Shown here piece by piece: positions 1 through 14,577 of a stretch of DNA of 64,000 nucleotides. The position numbers and the translations under genes were made by a program. Each line of letters opens with the position of its first letter. The first letter of the stretch is position 1. Below the pieces are notes generated by a model that saw only the letters and a list, made by a program, of their open reading frames with translations, made no database searches and was not told the DNA's origin. The stretch is from Phoronis australis (taxonomy: Eukaryota > Animalia > Phoronida). Location of the stretch: contig NMRA01000411.1 of the NCBI GenBank assembly GCA_002633005.1, positions 167,083 to 231,082 on the forward strand, given 5' to 3'.

Positions 1-165
1 CGGCTTACCTCATTAGCCCCTTGCTCTGTGAGAAGAGACCAACTCAACGAACGTATAGCTCTGCACGGCTTACCTCATTAGCCCCTTGCTCTGTGAGAAG
101 AGACCAACTCAACGAACGTATAGCTCTGCACGGCTTACCTCATTAGCCCCTTGCTCTGTGAGAAG
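1..165. repeat. 65-bp minisatellite copying the last 27 nt of a SETDB1 exon plus its donor
   Basis: Unit cggcttacctcattagccccttgctctgtgagaagagaccaactcaacgaacgtatagctctgca at 1, 66 and partially at 131. The array may continue off the left edge. Confidence 0.95.
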
Positions 166-3100
166 CTGCCCAGCATAGATACAAATAAAGCCACCATTTG
201 GAATGTCATCTAAGCACCTTAATCCCCAACCCCTGAAAAGAAGTTCACAAGAATACAGTCACGTTATCCACATACAGGTATGTCTGTGAAAAGAGGCAGA
301 ACTGCATTCTAATATTGCGGCAAACTTTTGAAAGAAGTTTCATTGCTATATAATGATACGTTATTGTTGGCAAATTTTCAGCCCCACCTATAGCTCATAT
401 ATGATACAGGGAGAGATTTAAAGCAGAGAAATTCACAGCGTATTTGAAATCTACTTGCTGTCAAAAGCCTGTCGAATTACCATAACAATCACTACTGTGC
501 GGCGAGATGTTCAAATGACTTCAACAAAAATCGTACAAACAACGTCCATAAAAAGCTGAGGTCAGCAAATATTGGTGGATGAAACAAGTAGTGCCAACTC
601 ACTCCATGCCCGAACATAGAACACAGAGGGATTAAGTGGAAAATGCCATCACTACAATCAAAGCGCTGTGTCCGAAGTTAAAGCACTGTGCTACATGCTT
701 GCTATTAGACTGAGAGAAACTTTTATTTTTTAAATCATATAAAACATACAATGTTATATGACTGGATGGCCAGCAAAGGCACGGGCTGCTAATAGCTGAC
801 CACCGAGTAACAATAAATTGATAACAACAATTAACAAATACTGATCGAGCAAGTTTCACAGGGCAAGACCAGTTGAGCCTCACTGTCCATAAACTCAAAT
901 GAATTAGATTCCATACTTATAGAGTGTTACCTTGCACCTTACTGAAATTATACAGTTTATATCTCATAAATTTTGGATAAAAACAAATGCCAAAATTGCC
1001 CTTTTCCCCATTTTCATGGCCTTTTTAGCATTTTTCTGAATGGCTAGGGATTCTCTAAATACTGTCTGTTGGTAGCTATACTACAGAACCTGAACACAAC
1101 AGAGCATATATTTGGTGCTACGTAATTTTTATTTAATAAGAAAATTTGACAAAAAAAAATGATCACTTGTCTACCATATCACGTCCTAAATTGGTTTCCA
1201 CGAGACTTAAAACAAACTCAATACGTTGGCATCATTTGGGAATAACTTTTTACTACTCTGGTCCGTATTAAAATTAGTTTCGTAATTTTTATCATAAAAA
1301 TGAATTCTTAAGATTCTCACCTCTTCTCTGTCTTGAATACCTGCAGTCTGAGCTGAAGTCCGTTCTGGGCCACCTTATTGGTGCAACGTGCATCACAGTG
1401 ACACCGTTCATTGCACTCGTAGATACTGGAAAACAAACAACGTGCTCCCAAATCACAACGACATAGCCTTAAGAAACCAATTTCCTTTTATACAACAACA
1501 AAACATTACAGAGTCAGGACCCTTGGTCCCACTGCTTATCTACAATTCCCCCACATTTATTCAGTTTCCACATATGTTAATTCTCATAACAACCTTCACT
1601 CACTCACACCCAACTTCAGGGTCCCAGACCCCTTAGCTCACCCGAACTCTTCACATACCATGTTGTTACTCCTTCATAGTCTCCTAACCAATATTAGGGT
1701 CACAGACCAATATTAGGGTCACAGACCAATATCAGGGTCACAGACCAATATAAGGGTGACAGGCCCCCAGCCATTCACCTACCCAGTAATGACTTGCTCA
1801 CTCAGTCTTCTGTGCACATATCCTATGGTAGGGTCCTTCTCCCCTTTGTTGGCCGCCATGAATGCCTCGTGGGTCAACTGCCAACATTCACACTTGGATT
1901 TATCCTAAAGGGAAGAGTAGACAAACATGTCAAGTTTTGAAGCAACATTTTTGTTGTGGACCTATTGAAATTTCGTTTTCACTAAGAGTAGAAAACTTAG
2001 AGAAACCAAAACATAATTTTCCATACACTGAATGAACCAAGTCATCACATATCCTTAAGACACTTTGTCCAAAATTATCAGCCAAGACTGCATGCCAGCC
2101 TTATCCCACCATACAGAAAAAGACAAGAAAACTATTTAAAAAAGTTTTCCCATTGTTAAGGTAAATTGTGTTAACAGCGAAAATTACTGATAAAAACTAC
2201 TAGGGCGGAAAAATTCTAATTACAGAATCGCTTAATCACCTAACTAACTTTTCTGTCAATTACCCTTTATTCTCTGTAATGAGGGGAGACTATTCTGACA
2301 GTCATCAGGGGAGACTACTCTGACGATTAATTTGGTTTCCCCCCAGCCATCGTGACAAGGAATTTTGTATTATTTTGTCTGTATGCTTTTGGCTTGTACC
2401 GTACACCATGCCAAAATTCTAAAATGAACCACCGCATACTGTAGGAATGCTACAAGGGTTACCATTAGGGACGCTCAAATACATGTCTCAACAAAATAGT
2501 TACACCAGTTGTGAGTGTGAGATGTCTACATAATACTCTACACCATTCAGTCATGAGCTGTTACCAGATGACCTACCCTACAGCTGTTACCAGACGACCT
2601 ACCCTACAGCTGTTAGCAGACGGCCTACCCTACAGCTGTTAGCAGACGACCTACCCTTCAACTGTTAGCAGACGACCTACCCTTGAACTGTTAGCGGACG
2701 ACCTACCCTACAGCCATCCGTGCAACTGCAACACAACAGGAAGTCTTTGTCCAAGTTCAACTTGACGCCCTTGGCAGGAAGCCTCTGGTTGGAGTACTCC
2801 ACATAGTCAGGGTACTGACGATCAACACCGTTAACACATGATATGGGCACATTCTCCTTCCCATAGGATAAGTCCTTGATGTCGCAGAATGTCTAGAAAA
2901 GGGTGATAAGGTTCAAAGAGATTCCACAAAGCTAGAACACAGAGGATGACTTGTTGAGAGAAGCTACATATAAACCGTAGAGTGGAATTTAGTTGGATTT
3001 GACAATCTACCTCCTCCATGATCAGCACAGACGTTATCGCATTAACGAAATTCTTTTCTCATATGTTGCTGTTCAACTAGTTGACATACACTAAGGACAA

Positions 3101-6100
3101 AATTTTATTAGGGCTGTTCCAGTAAAATCTGTATGGGAGGGGGGGAGGCACCTTTTTTTCGCACCCACCACCCATATTTTTCATTTATTTCTTCAGCCTA
3201 CCACCCGAATTTTTTATAAGTTTGAAATGCAACCACCCGTAATTTTTTTTTGTTCTTGTGGTTGACTGCACAGGCGCTTGAGTTTATCTGTTCCTCCATC
3301 ACCACTAACGTCAATCATTACTAAGAAAACATATGTTTCTTATATGTGGTTATTAGCCATCGAGAAATTCGAGCACCTGTGGTTAAATGGTGTTATGGAC
3401 ATGCCAATGAGGAGATCGGAGGGAGTGAAAAAGTCGGAGCTTTTTGCAAGTTGCAATTTCGTTTCAGTTTTTGATTCTGTGCGGATTGTTTATAAAATTT
3501 ACTAAAATTACCCACCATCAAACATTTATGGCCCAATGAAACAATGACCTGTAAATTATTTTTTTGAAGTACGACCACCAGCCATTTTGAATTTAAATCG
3601 AACGCAACCACCCATAAATTTTTATTTCAGTTGCCTTCCCCCCCTCCCACACAGATTTTGCTGGAACAGCCCTTAGACTATTTCAGCTTTCGATTTCAGC
3701 TTTTGATTTCAGCTTTAGATTTCAAAATGACCTTTAGTTAAAGTTTGGAATTTGTTCCAATTCTCACCTTTGTGATTTTAAAATGTTAAGTCTCACATAA
3801 TTTTACGTAAACCGGTAATTTTAAAAGTACTTAAATTCATTTTAATTTGTTTAAAAACACTTCCAAATGCTTTGCCATGTTTCCTTCTAGAAATAACAAT
3901 CAGTTGAAATGTCGAGTATTATCACAGCACCATCTGCAATAGCCTATGAATCCATGTTACATTGACTGCATTTACAAATTAAAGAATAAACCTCTACCAT
4001 TTTACACCCACCTAACTCATATTGTTGAATAATGGTTTTACAAGCAAATCTATCACATTTCAATTTTTGCCAAATCATTACAAAACGGATCACTGGGCAT
4101 TGGGTCTCACCTTGATTGGTACAAACTCTTTGTTCACATGAAGATTCCCATCATAAGAGAACAGGTCAATGGTCAGTTTAGAGTTGGTTATCATCAGGTA
4201 TTTGTCCAGCTCGTCAATAGAGCGCAGGCGACGTGCACATGGTGCTCGGTACAGGATCGTTCTTTTACCAGCCTTACTCTTGGTCACTTGTCTATAAAAT
4301 GGAAATGACGGGGAATTGTTAAAAACATTACATGATGTCTTCTAAAGACAAATAATAACTTTATATCTAGAAGAGCACATGTAACTGCATAGGCGTTTAC
4401 ACAGAAGTTAACTTTTTGTATTAACATTTTAACAAAGCAGTCAGTTTTAATTCAGTATCAAAATACCATGTTTTTCCAAGAAGTGACAAAAAGTGCACAT
4501 TCAAGCACATCGTTTAAAAACATCCTGAATATTGTCATGAAATGTCAAAAACCGAATAATTACCCAATAAACTCATGTAAAATAACCCACATATTGTCAT
4601 AATTCATTGTCATATTCCCAGACATATGTCATTAAAAAATCACCAAAATTTATTCCCACCTGCTTATTAACATTAAGTACTTTTGCTTTTCTGCCTAAAA
4701 CCTTAGTAAACTAATTCTTAAATTCATATGCTTCATGGAATCTCGGCGCCCAGGATACAAGTCAACCATTCTGTTGTTTATCTGTCTTACCCCCAAGACT
4801 CTCTACTTTGCATAACTTGCTTATAGAAGTGGTTACGATCACTGGTAAGTCAAAACTCCCTTAATATGTCAAAACCGAAGGTATAACCTTTTGACTTAAA
4901 AGTGGGCTACACCGTGCCATCAAATTAAATGAAATATGCAATAAATAAACTGTCCCTGAAGGCACATCTTCATGAAACAATGACACAGTGCAGCCAATGG
5001 TCGTATTCATTGTTTACAATACAAACCTTTCCCAGCCGCACAGCAGTGGTATCAGCAGGGGGTTGTAGCCTTTGTAAGCAGCAGGATCATCATCGCTGTC
5101 TTTGAGACATGAATGACGACACTTGTGACTGACGAACTTCTTCCTCGGCTTGTTCTCGTATGGAAGACTGACGTCGATGTCCATGCGATCACCCGACATT
5201 TCGTCGATCGTCGCCCCCGACGCCAGCCTCTCTTGCAGAATGGAGACCATGTCTCGGCCTGTCTTGTTTATGCTGACACTGCTGGCTTCAAAATCTGAAG
5301 GAAATGAACACATTTGCTGAGCGTACTACGCCATTACACTGTTAAGTATAAAAATATGAAAACAGACAAAACTGTGTTGGCATTCAGCTAATGTTCACAT
5401 TAACTTTAGAAGTCCATATTAAGGTTTGCCACAGACAAAAGTGAACAGGAAATCTGAACAGAATTAGCAAAAGACAATTCTGTGTTTCCTGCTGTGGACG
5501 GCCAGTCTAGAAAGTAATTAAGTGTTGCTAATTAGATAACAAGCCACACTCTCAACACACTAGCTCAATAGCGCACACCTAAGGCAGTCAATCAGCGTCG
5601 TCAGTTTAATGAAAATTATTTTGAAGGGAATGCTGCATTTCACAAACCTTGCTTCTTGAGATCTGTAAGACCCTGTTTAGTTGTGCTTTTCTTGGCAACT
5701 TGTTTAACAATCTTTAAAGGCTCTGGCTGCTTTACTGTTGGCAAGGCTGAAATTACATGTATGTGATTTGAGAATAAAGCTGAAGCTCACAAATACAGTA
5801 AAATGAGAAAATATATTTGAAATACAATTGTTCACATCCCATCTAGTTGACCAAGCAAGAGTTTAACAGTTTGACAATCATTGTACGGCTGTACCTGAGA
5901 ATATGGAATATTACAATAATGAATCATCAACTTCACGGCTTGGAATGACTAATAATAAAAAAGAGGAAAATTTTCCAGGTGACGTATCGTTCCACAAATA
6001 AATAGGCATGTGTGATAGAGATAGTTCTGGTGTTGTAAAATTTAACTGAAATAAACCTTTTTGCAGGAAATCAACAAAGTCAAAACAATGATGGAAATCA

Positions 6101-9100
6101 AATAAGAGGAAATCGAAACCAAAAAAGAGGAAATCCTCTTCAAAGGGGAGAATTCATTTGTTCAACACGTTAAACAGAGAAACCAAGCAAACAGTGCACG
6201 CCAAAAGTTTTCAGAAAAAATATTAAATTCCACGCCATGACAGATGAGCAGACGCAAAATTCCTCATCAGAGTAGTCTTCCCTCATGACTGAGAGTGAAG
6301 GAGAATTGACAGGAAATTCAGTAAAGGTGGCTAAGCCACGCTGTAATAGAATTAGCCGACGAGAAAATAGTATTTTGTTCAGTGATTACTTTTGTCTTGT
6401 ACTGTAGCTCTATAATACTCCCGAGTCTGTTCTTAAGCTGCATATGGAACACATAAAACACATCGTATCCCAGATTCCAAAAAGGACATAGGCAGACTAT
6501 CTGTCCATACCTTTCTTCTCTTCATCCAGCCGAGTGTACTCCACGAAGGGTTTTTTGCTACTTTTGGCCTGAAAGTGTTTGTGTCGGCCTTTCCCTGTTT
6601 GACGTGCTTGCTCGGCATTGGCCTGAAATATACGACAGGAGGCACCGCAAGTGATATTTCATGATTTGAAAGCTATGCAAGTTTTGAGTTAGAACTTACA
6701 CTAGGTACTGCAGTCAAAATGAGCAAGCCGCAAAATAGTAGAATTCACTCAAGTCTTTAAATGTAGAAAGGTAAGAATTTTACTCAAAATACTTTTGTTC
6801 TTCACTGAATAGGATTTTTATCCAGGAAAGCTGAACAACGTGTTTCTTCTGTGACTACATTTGCATGAAGAACACCCTTTAAACATATTTAAAGCTATAT
6901 TTAGCTGAGACATAACTCGCTCAAAAACAAAAATCAAATTTTATTTATGCATTCCACTCTCATAAAATTGATTCCGTGGCCAACAAGTATATCAAAACCA
7001 CCAGTGACTCGAGATCACGCTTCAGATTTCATGGGGGTTGGACAACTCCAAATTTGCAAATTCAAACCAGGATGTTTTGACTACAAGAGCACCAACAAAA
7101 CGTGTGTCAACTTTACTAACATAAAATCATAAAGATCTGGGTCAAGTTTGCAAACACCAGTTCAATGACTGGAGGGTAAAGGTGTCTTTACAGGAGAAAT
7201 TAACATTTCTTATTATAATCACACTAAGTACTGACTGAACTTTAATTAGATAAACTGACACAAACTTTACTTGCTCGAGTTTGCTGGCAAATTTTGCTGT
7301 ATGTTCCTTTAACATTCAGTCTGAATCAAAAACCTCTGAATTCCAACGAAATTCAATCAACCGACAGAGCACCTAACGACTCATCAGCTACCATGCCTAA
7401 AGACTGACCAGCTCTGTATAGAGGGGCCCTAGTCGGGTTGAACCCCTGTAGATCCACTCTGTACGTTTGTCCGCCTCAAAGAACATCTTGACCAGGCTAG
7501 CATCCACTTCGGTCACTCGGGCTGTCCACCACTTTCCTGTCCATTCTGTCTTTACCACCTGACCTTTCTGCAGCCTCACCATAGGTCGCTGAATTCAAGG
7601 AAGAACAACATGTTATTAACAATGAAATCATATTCATCTTTATTAAAGCTTTTATTGAAAGCAAAACTCAGAACAGTCATGCAGTTGTACCACCCGAATT
7701 TTGTTAGCATTTGCAACCAGAATATTTAATATTAGTAGTTTTGAGAAGGAATTATTTTGTAGTGTCAACTTTTTGTAGCTTACAAAATTTACTGTTCTAC
7801 AACATAAAACAAGTCAGGTTTGAAATGACAGTGTTTGTCTTGGAACGTTTGCAAGCAAATTGCAAATAAACACACCTTCCGTTAAAGAAAACAACTTTTA
7901 AAATTTGATCACTTAGTTACTAATTCAGGTAAAAAGTGATTTCTAGGTTTGAAAGAACCGACACTTATTTACTGCTCGAGATAGTGTTCTTTGCAAGCCA
8001 TGATGGCAAGTCAACTTATTGGGCCTGACACAAAGTAATATCAAAAGTCACTCTTCATCAAAGTATTAAGAAGAGCGTTGAGACCAGTTACACAACAGGA
8101 AGTGGTCAAATTAAAAAAGATTTTTTGATGGAGGACATGCTTATACCTGGTTTAACTCATTCAGATTTGTACGGTTCAACGAAGAAACACAATATGATAT
8201 TCAGACTTAATGAAAAATCTGCCAATAGAGCACACTGACCTACCCAAATCGGCCACATAATTTGCTGGTAAAAGAAGAATGCTGTTTCGGTAATATGGCT
8301 GCCATCTTGGAACATCCTGTGCCACACACAGCTGAATGTTTTTATTTTATCTTGCAACACAACTGAGCACTTGCAATAAATTGAACGTTTTGGACGGTCT
8401 GTGGCTGCAGTCGTGCCAATAGGTGGATTGCAAGTTCAGTTAGTTGAAAATACTTGNGAGAGAGGGAGAGAGAGGTACTTACATCTGGATATTGTTGGAG
8501 ATATTCTCTGATGAAATCTTGGGAGTCTTCATGGATATCCTCCCAGACATTACGACCTAGAATTGGAGAATCACTTATTTGGGTACAGGAACAACAGACT
8601 TGCAAATCTCGACAGTATGCACAATTCTGCATTCAAAGACACTGACTCAGGATCTGTTCTTTTTGTGTTACCTGAGTAACTACAATATGAATGATTCGTT
8701 ATAACACACTTTGCCTTTTAAAGCCCCTTTTTCCAACTGCCTATTGGGCATTGCAAATACTGGTCAATCATAACTTCTTCACCCAGTACAAGTTAGAACA
8801 TCTTGTATTTAATGTAGAGAGCTAACTATTAATTATTCCGAAGTAGTTTCTATGGAGTCATTCCCATCTTTATCAAGCCACTTACTTTGATAGTAAACTT
8901 TGCTAACTTGTTTAGGTAGGCAATACTGTGCGTATCCATCGTCAAAGAAAATGAGAAATCGTTGCGAGTTCCTGACACTAGGTGGCTCTGCTACAATACC
9001 AGCGTAGTTAGACGACACTCCTTCGGGGTCATGATACAAGGCTGCAAACAGAACAGAACAAAACTGTTAGAGGATTGGAAAAAAAAATTCTAATCACAAG

Positions 9101-12100
9101 TCTTTACCAAGACATTTAGAATCCTACAAACTGTAGAAAGTTCGCAATGTGTCGAGTTACATCTTCAAGAATTTGGAAAATAGGCTCACAACCTATTGGA
9201 GTAGGTGGATATATGGCACGGGTCATGATGTCAAAAGCATTATGGCCCTGATTTCGTGTCTGCTTTTCATTCTAGTGTTCGATCTTTCTACAGTGATCAC
9301 AGTGTAAGAGCATGGTTTTCACTGATGATGTTCTGAGCAAAGTAACGAAAGTTCTGTAACTTGGATACATATTAGTATCGTAAATACGACATCTTTCGTT
9401 AAAGCGCTTTGTTTTCTCGCATTATTCCTAATGTATCAACTAGTACTATACCTAGAATTTGATCTCAGAGCCATCCGACTTATCCATTTTTTTCAGCTCA
9501 GAAAATGATTTGTCGTGCAGACAAGTCACCAAACCAGCTCTCAAACATCAACAAACTACCAATTCTCCCAAACCCAGAACTCACTTATAATCTGAGTATT
9601 AATTAAAGCATAGAGCCTAGTGTTATAATGACAAATTGCCAACAACAAAGCTGATCATTTTTGACAAAAGGGGGTTTATACTAACTTGAGAACCACTGTT
9701 TCATAAAAAGTGACTTAAGACTTAAGGAAGACATTGTCTTATGCTCCACAAAAATAATTAAATCTCACTTGCGAGGAAGTTCAGTCTGTCAGAAGGTATA
9801 CATAACTGCTAATTGCAGAGATAATTTCTATAATTTACTTCCAGACAGTGACATGCTCATAATTACTTGGCTAAACCTTTTACAGTAACTGTGAATTGGG
9901 AGCGGAAGACAAAATTTCTGTCATAAGTCGTAAGTCACTTATGAAACAGGTCCCAGGCGTTGCAATGTAACCTACCCACAACACGGCTACCAACAGGTAG
10001 GTAGGGGAGGGCCAGGTCAGCGTAGGCAATCTCCGTCCCCTTCAGAGTCTTGGCACCTTTACCATCAAACTTCATCCTATATCGCCTCTGCAAGCAGTCA
10101 TAAAGAAGTTATGTGATGTGCAGATCTCGACACTTGTAAGGAAATTAATGCTTTATAACTTAATGCTGTTGGAATAGAATTGTAAGGGTTGTCATGCTTT
10201 TACATTTCCATCATCGAGCGTTTCAATGGCAAGAATAATTAGTTTTCATCGCTTCCGTTACACTGGACAAACTTTCTTAATGCACAGCATTAATTACGAT
10301 ATCACGGATATCGACCATTATACAAGAACCACAGGAAAGACACGTGATCAGACCGACAAAATGAATATTACCATAGATGAAATCCAGTGGAAAGATTCTA
10401 ATTGATGCTCCATGAAACTTGCGAGAAACAGCCTTCACAATTTTTCATTACATACTCCGACATCATTGATCACGCCACTCACAGATGAGGAAATAATGCA
10501 ACAAATTCGTTAGAAATAGCACAAAACTAAAAGCTTCATAATTTTGCATTTAATTTTTCCCTTTCCACTGTCCTTACAGCTTCCTGAATCAAGGATATAT
10601 ATAAAAATATCCAGTTTAGCACACCGACTGGCTGCTAATATCACATCTGACACACATCTTCCAACAGTTGAACATACAGATTGAATGAATCACGTCTGCT
10701 ACACATGCCAGCAGACGACATTGTCATTACCTCCTCTGGTGGTAGTTCTTTACTCTGGATCTCCAACAGTGTCCCGCGGTACCAGATCTCATTGTGTTTA
10801 CGGCCAAGGATCTTCAGGCCCACTGTCATTTGTCTAGCGAGAGATAGATGACAATCTCAACAAAGACTCATTGCTTCATTTCATCACCAGATGTGCTTTA
10901 GTTATGAAAAGAATAGGCTAATACTCAATCAGCTCCATGCAACCGTTGTTTGTTGTGAACATTTTAATGTACTGCATGCTATTTCTTCTGAAAATCCATA
11001 ACAAGCAAAGAAATACATTCATTTCCCTTTGTGCTACCATCAATCCTTTGAGTTGGTTTGTTAGACAATTATGCTTCATTTCATAAATATTTAAGTTGCA
11101 TATGCAGTGTTAACAATAATGCAAAAATATTTCGTCTCTCATACTTGAAAAATCAGTGTGCAAGTAAAATGATTTGAGATCAGATACTATATGATGTCGC
11201 ACCAGAAGAGAAGATGAAATGAAACTGATGCCTTGGAAAGCAAAGGGTTGTATGAGGAACATCGCACACCCCATGTGTGTAAAGTTTCACCATAAAACAT
11301 TAACCAACATGAAAGCACGAATTTCGACAATTGAAGATGCCAATACGTAATTCATTATGATTTTGTGGCATTTTAGATGGGACTACCTCTCCCACCCTCC
11401 CTCACACGTCTGTTTGTGGCCACAGCGTGTGGTTGTTTAACTGACCAATTACAGTACTTACGGGACGATAATCTTCCTTGGCTCAGTGATATTAATTTTG
11501 CCCGGCGGTGCGGAGATTATTGTCACGTCGTCCGAGGGAGACTGTTTAGGAGCGTTCATAGAGATCTTGTTGACGGACTGTGGAGAAAAAGACACGCACT
11601 CCTAATAAACCATCGGGAGAGAACAAAGTGATGACAATCAAATATTTGAGTAATGCATCACTTTGATTTGCAAAATAACTCCAGTGAAACGAAAATGCCA
11701 GACGAGTCGTACTAAGGAGTATAACGATGGTACCTTTTCATGATTTATTCTGAAATTCTTCCCAACTTCATTGCCTAGGCAAATTTCGCAACAACTTCCG
11801 AAGATGCTAACGAGAAATTCAGTACTGGATTGTCCATTAGGCTAAGTAAACTACAGTTTGGGACACCTGTGGAAAATAGGGGCCCCGTTTTGTTCCTGTA
11901 CTCTGCATGGGCTATTCAGAAGCTTTGGCAACTACCAGGGGGAGCAAAATTGGGCTCCGTCTCATCGCCACTCATTTATGTGTCTCGGGAGGAACAGGGG
12001 CTTCAAGGACATGAACTATACTTACAGGTGGTGTGATTTGTTTCACAATTGACTTGGCTGGTTTCGTGGGAGACATCAGCAGGGATTTGATGGTGCTTGG

Positions 12101-14503
12101 CTGAGAGGTAATCACTTGACTGAAAATAGGAAATGATGCAATGCACGGGGTGACCCACTCTTAAGTGCTAAAACAGAATTTTGTTTAAAGTACCAATGAA
12201 AAGACTGAAAGTTTTCTGCAGACAGGCCTAAGGCATATATTTGGAAATATAAGTTAGTTACCAAAAGCCCAATTCAAATATACAGGCGTATATTAAGAAG
12301 AGAAGAAGATAAATTATGTTCAGGTATACCAGTAGTGTACCTACTGCAGCCACCGTGCTACTTGAAACCAAGAGCAGACCATATACAAAAAATGTTGAAA
12401 ATAGCTTTTAGTTCCTAAACATAGAAACTTTTTGTTGAAAATTTAGTTTAGCTACAGTTTTGTAGTCTATTTCATATGGAACTGGACAAAGTTATAGGAT
12501 TCAAATACACACACATTTCTTCTCAAATGTATGTTTTACTAATAATTCGTCTTGGTAACGCAATTCAACCACAGTTATTGGTCCCCTGGTCGTTATGGTC
12601 TATGTAAGGAACAACTGAAAGATAACGTACGTGCGATGCACAGACTGGCTGGTAGGTGGCAGGGTAGGTGTTGCTTTCTGCACATTAGGAACGTAAAGCA
12701 TCTCACCCTCCAGCACCTCGGGTATCACAGCTGGGCTCCTGGAACTGTACACAGAATAAAATACTGAACATGACAGGTAGTAGCACAACGTTGGATGCGA
12801 ATGAAAACTTGGAAAAAGAAAAAGCTCATAAATTCTAATAGGAAAAGAAGCATCATCTGGCATAAGTTCGGACGAAAGCGTTTTGGAAGTTTATCTATAT
12901 CAAGGTCAACAATAAAGAATCACATTAAAGACGCTATGTCTCATTAAAACCATGAATATTTAAATTTGAAGCAAGCGCCACCCAGTGACTTTCTGGAGAA
13001 CTGTTTGTTCAAGTATAATTAGGAAAAGAAACAATTCGTAAATAGTGATTTTAAAGAAAACACCACAACTGACACACTTAAAAACACATGCAAACATATA
13101 AAAATCCTAGTAATTCCAAATGTTAAACAAAAATTATTTGATATTGAAATGAACAAATAATAAAAACTGTGCCTTATTTCATTAGGGTAGCGATGACATA
13201 TTACCACTCATTTACACAAAAATAGTCCTTTAAAATGAGACTTTCGCGACATTGTAATGGTAACTGGTTCTCGGATTGTTTCCAGCACACCAGAAGACCC
13301 GGGGTTGTTTGTAAACTAGTACTTCATTTGCATATTCAGGCTTTAACGAGACATAACATCTTTAACACCTACCGTATATCCATTAGTGTTTTCAAATTAT
13401 GATTCTTTCCTTTTTAAATTCAGAATATTTTACCTGGTAATTTGACTCTGCATGAATTTCTCCTCGTCCAAAATATCCTTCTCTACTTTTGCCAGCTGTT
13501 CGGCACAGGAAGTATACAGTGAATCGACATCTTTGTTTAACCCTGTTGAAAAATAAACACAACGTTACACCATACGACAATCATGAGCCATAATATTAAA
13601 ATACAGTTATAATAGGCCCGTCCTGAAATAAGATCACACCACTGTAACTCTGAAGTATTTACCCACAATGCAACACATGTATCAAGCACTTGTCCTGCTT
13701 CTTCACATGTATATATGTACTCCAGTAATTTGTCAATGTAATACAGGCAAACATGTATCATTGTATTTTAAGTTGCTATACAGACACCAAGAAACTGGTA
13801 AAAAAACCAAACGCCAATGCTAGATGGGTAAGCTATTTTTCTTCCCTTTTTAATAAACTGAAGAGTGTCTGACATTTGAAACATAAGTTAGTCATGCAAT
13901 GCATTTTCTACCCCCACAACAGAGGAGAGTTCATTAGAAGATGGGCCTCCTACACACTTCCCAAAGGCAGACGCATTTGTCATGCTTGCCTGCCTAGTAG
14001 ACTTCGTCAGAAATTTTTAAACATCCACCGAAATTTTGAGGATAGACAACATTAACAAACTATAACTTTATTTCAAAGATTTAAATGACCAAGTTGTAAT
14101 TGGTATCCCTTTATAGGTCAAGTCAGGGTTTACTATAACCCCTTTCAAATAAAAGGGAGAACAACAAGCAATGGTTTACTTCCGTAGACACAAGAATCTC
14201 TAAAGTAAATCTAGCGTGATCATATCCCTTGCTAGTTTCACTTTGTGATAATTTGCAAAGACTTCGGAATCCATGATCGCCTGTATTTCGTTTAGGGAAT
14301 AGGTAGCACGTTTATGAAAGGGTGAAAAAATTGAAACTTCCGAGTCCAGAAACACACGTACTCTCCTGTTGTTTCAGGGCTATGTTGACCGGCTGGAAGG
14401 CATTAGCTAGGACAGACTCCACTTGTAAGTTGCCCATAATAGAAGTGAGGGTGGCTTCTAAGTCCCAGTCCAACTTGTACTCAATGTCATCTGCTTTAGC
14501 CAT
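139..14503 (-). CDS. SETDB1: Histone H3K9 methyltransferase SETDB1/eggless (Tudor-MBD-preSET-SET), 3'-truncated by the window edge
   Basis: GT-AG exons, phases all compatible: 14503-14362 (ATG in ccaacATGg; exon acceptor boundary 14515), 13542-13434, 12744-12631, 12119-12026, 11577-11462, 10833-10731, 10087-9976, 9041-8886, 8556-8483, 7588-7409, 6622-6511, 5746-5648, 5294-5027, 4291-4111, 2892-2707, 1904-1783, 1425-1321, 232-139. Motifs: Tudor ([13 protein letters not shown]; [12 protein letters not shown]), [11 protein letters not shown] ([14 protein letters not shown]...[12 protein letters not shown]), pre-SET ([41 protein letters not shown]), SET start ([30 protein letters not shown]). The N-terminal exons rest mainly on splice signals and phase. 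Confidence 0.95.
1688..1760. repeat. 19-bp minisatellite (~4 copies) in a SETDB1 intron
   Basis: Repeated agaccaatattagggtcac starting ~25 nt into the intron after the 1783 donor. Confidence 0.9.
2557..2714. repeat. 26-bp minisatellite (6 copies) copying a SETDB1 exon end plus donor
   Basis: cctaccct recurs at 2572, 2598, 2624, 2650, 2676 and 2702. The minus-strand unit is ctgtagg|gtaggtcgtctgctaacag. Confidence 0.95.
3111..3672. mobile_element. PIF/Harbinger-type (Tourist-like) MITE
   Basis: ~33-bp TIRs (gggctgttccagtaaaatctgtatgggaggggg versus the reverse complement of cccctcccacacagattttgctggaacagccc), with TTA target duplication at 3108-3110 and 3673-3675. Confidence 0.9.
9693..9954. 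mobile_element. MITE with TIRs, same family as the element split at 55915/57856
   Basis: Left ctgtttcataaaaagtgacttaagac; right gtcgtaagtcacttatgaaacagg (inverted). Confidence 0.75.
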
Positions 14504-14577
14504 GTTGGGGCCGTCCTGAAACAAGCATGAGAAGACATTGAGAAATAAAACGGGTACACTAATGTCTCTTCGAGGAG

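Noticed and set aside
2557-2714. Short regular repeats resembling a CRISPR array
   Set aside because: No unique spacers, a eukaryotic intron context and no cas genes.
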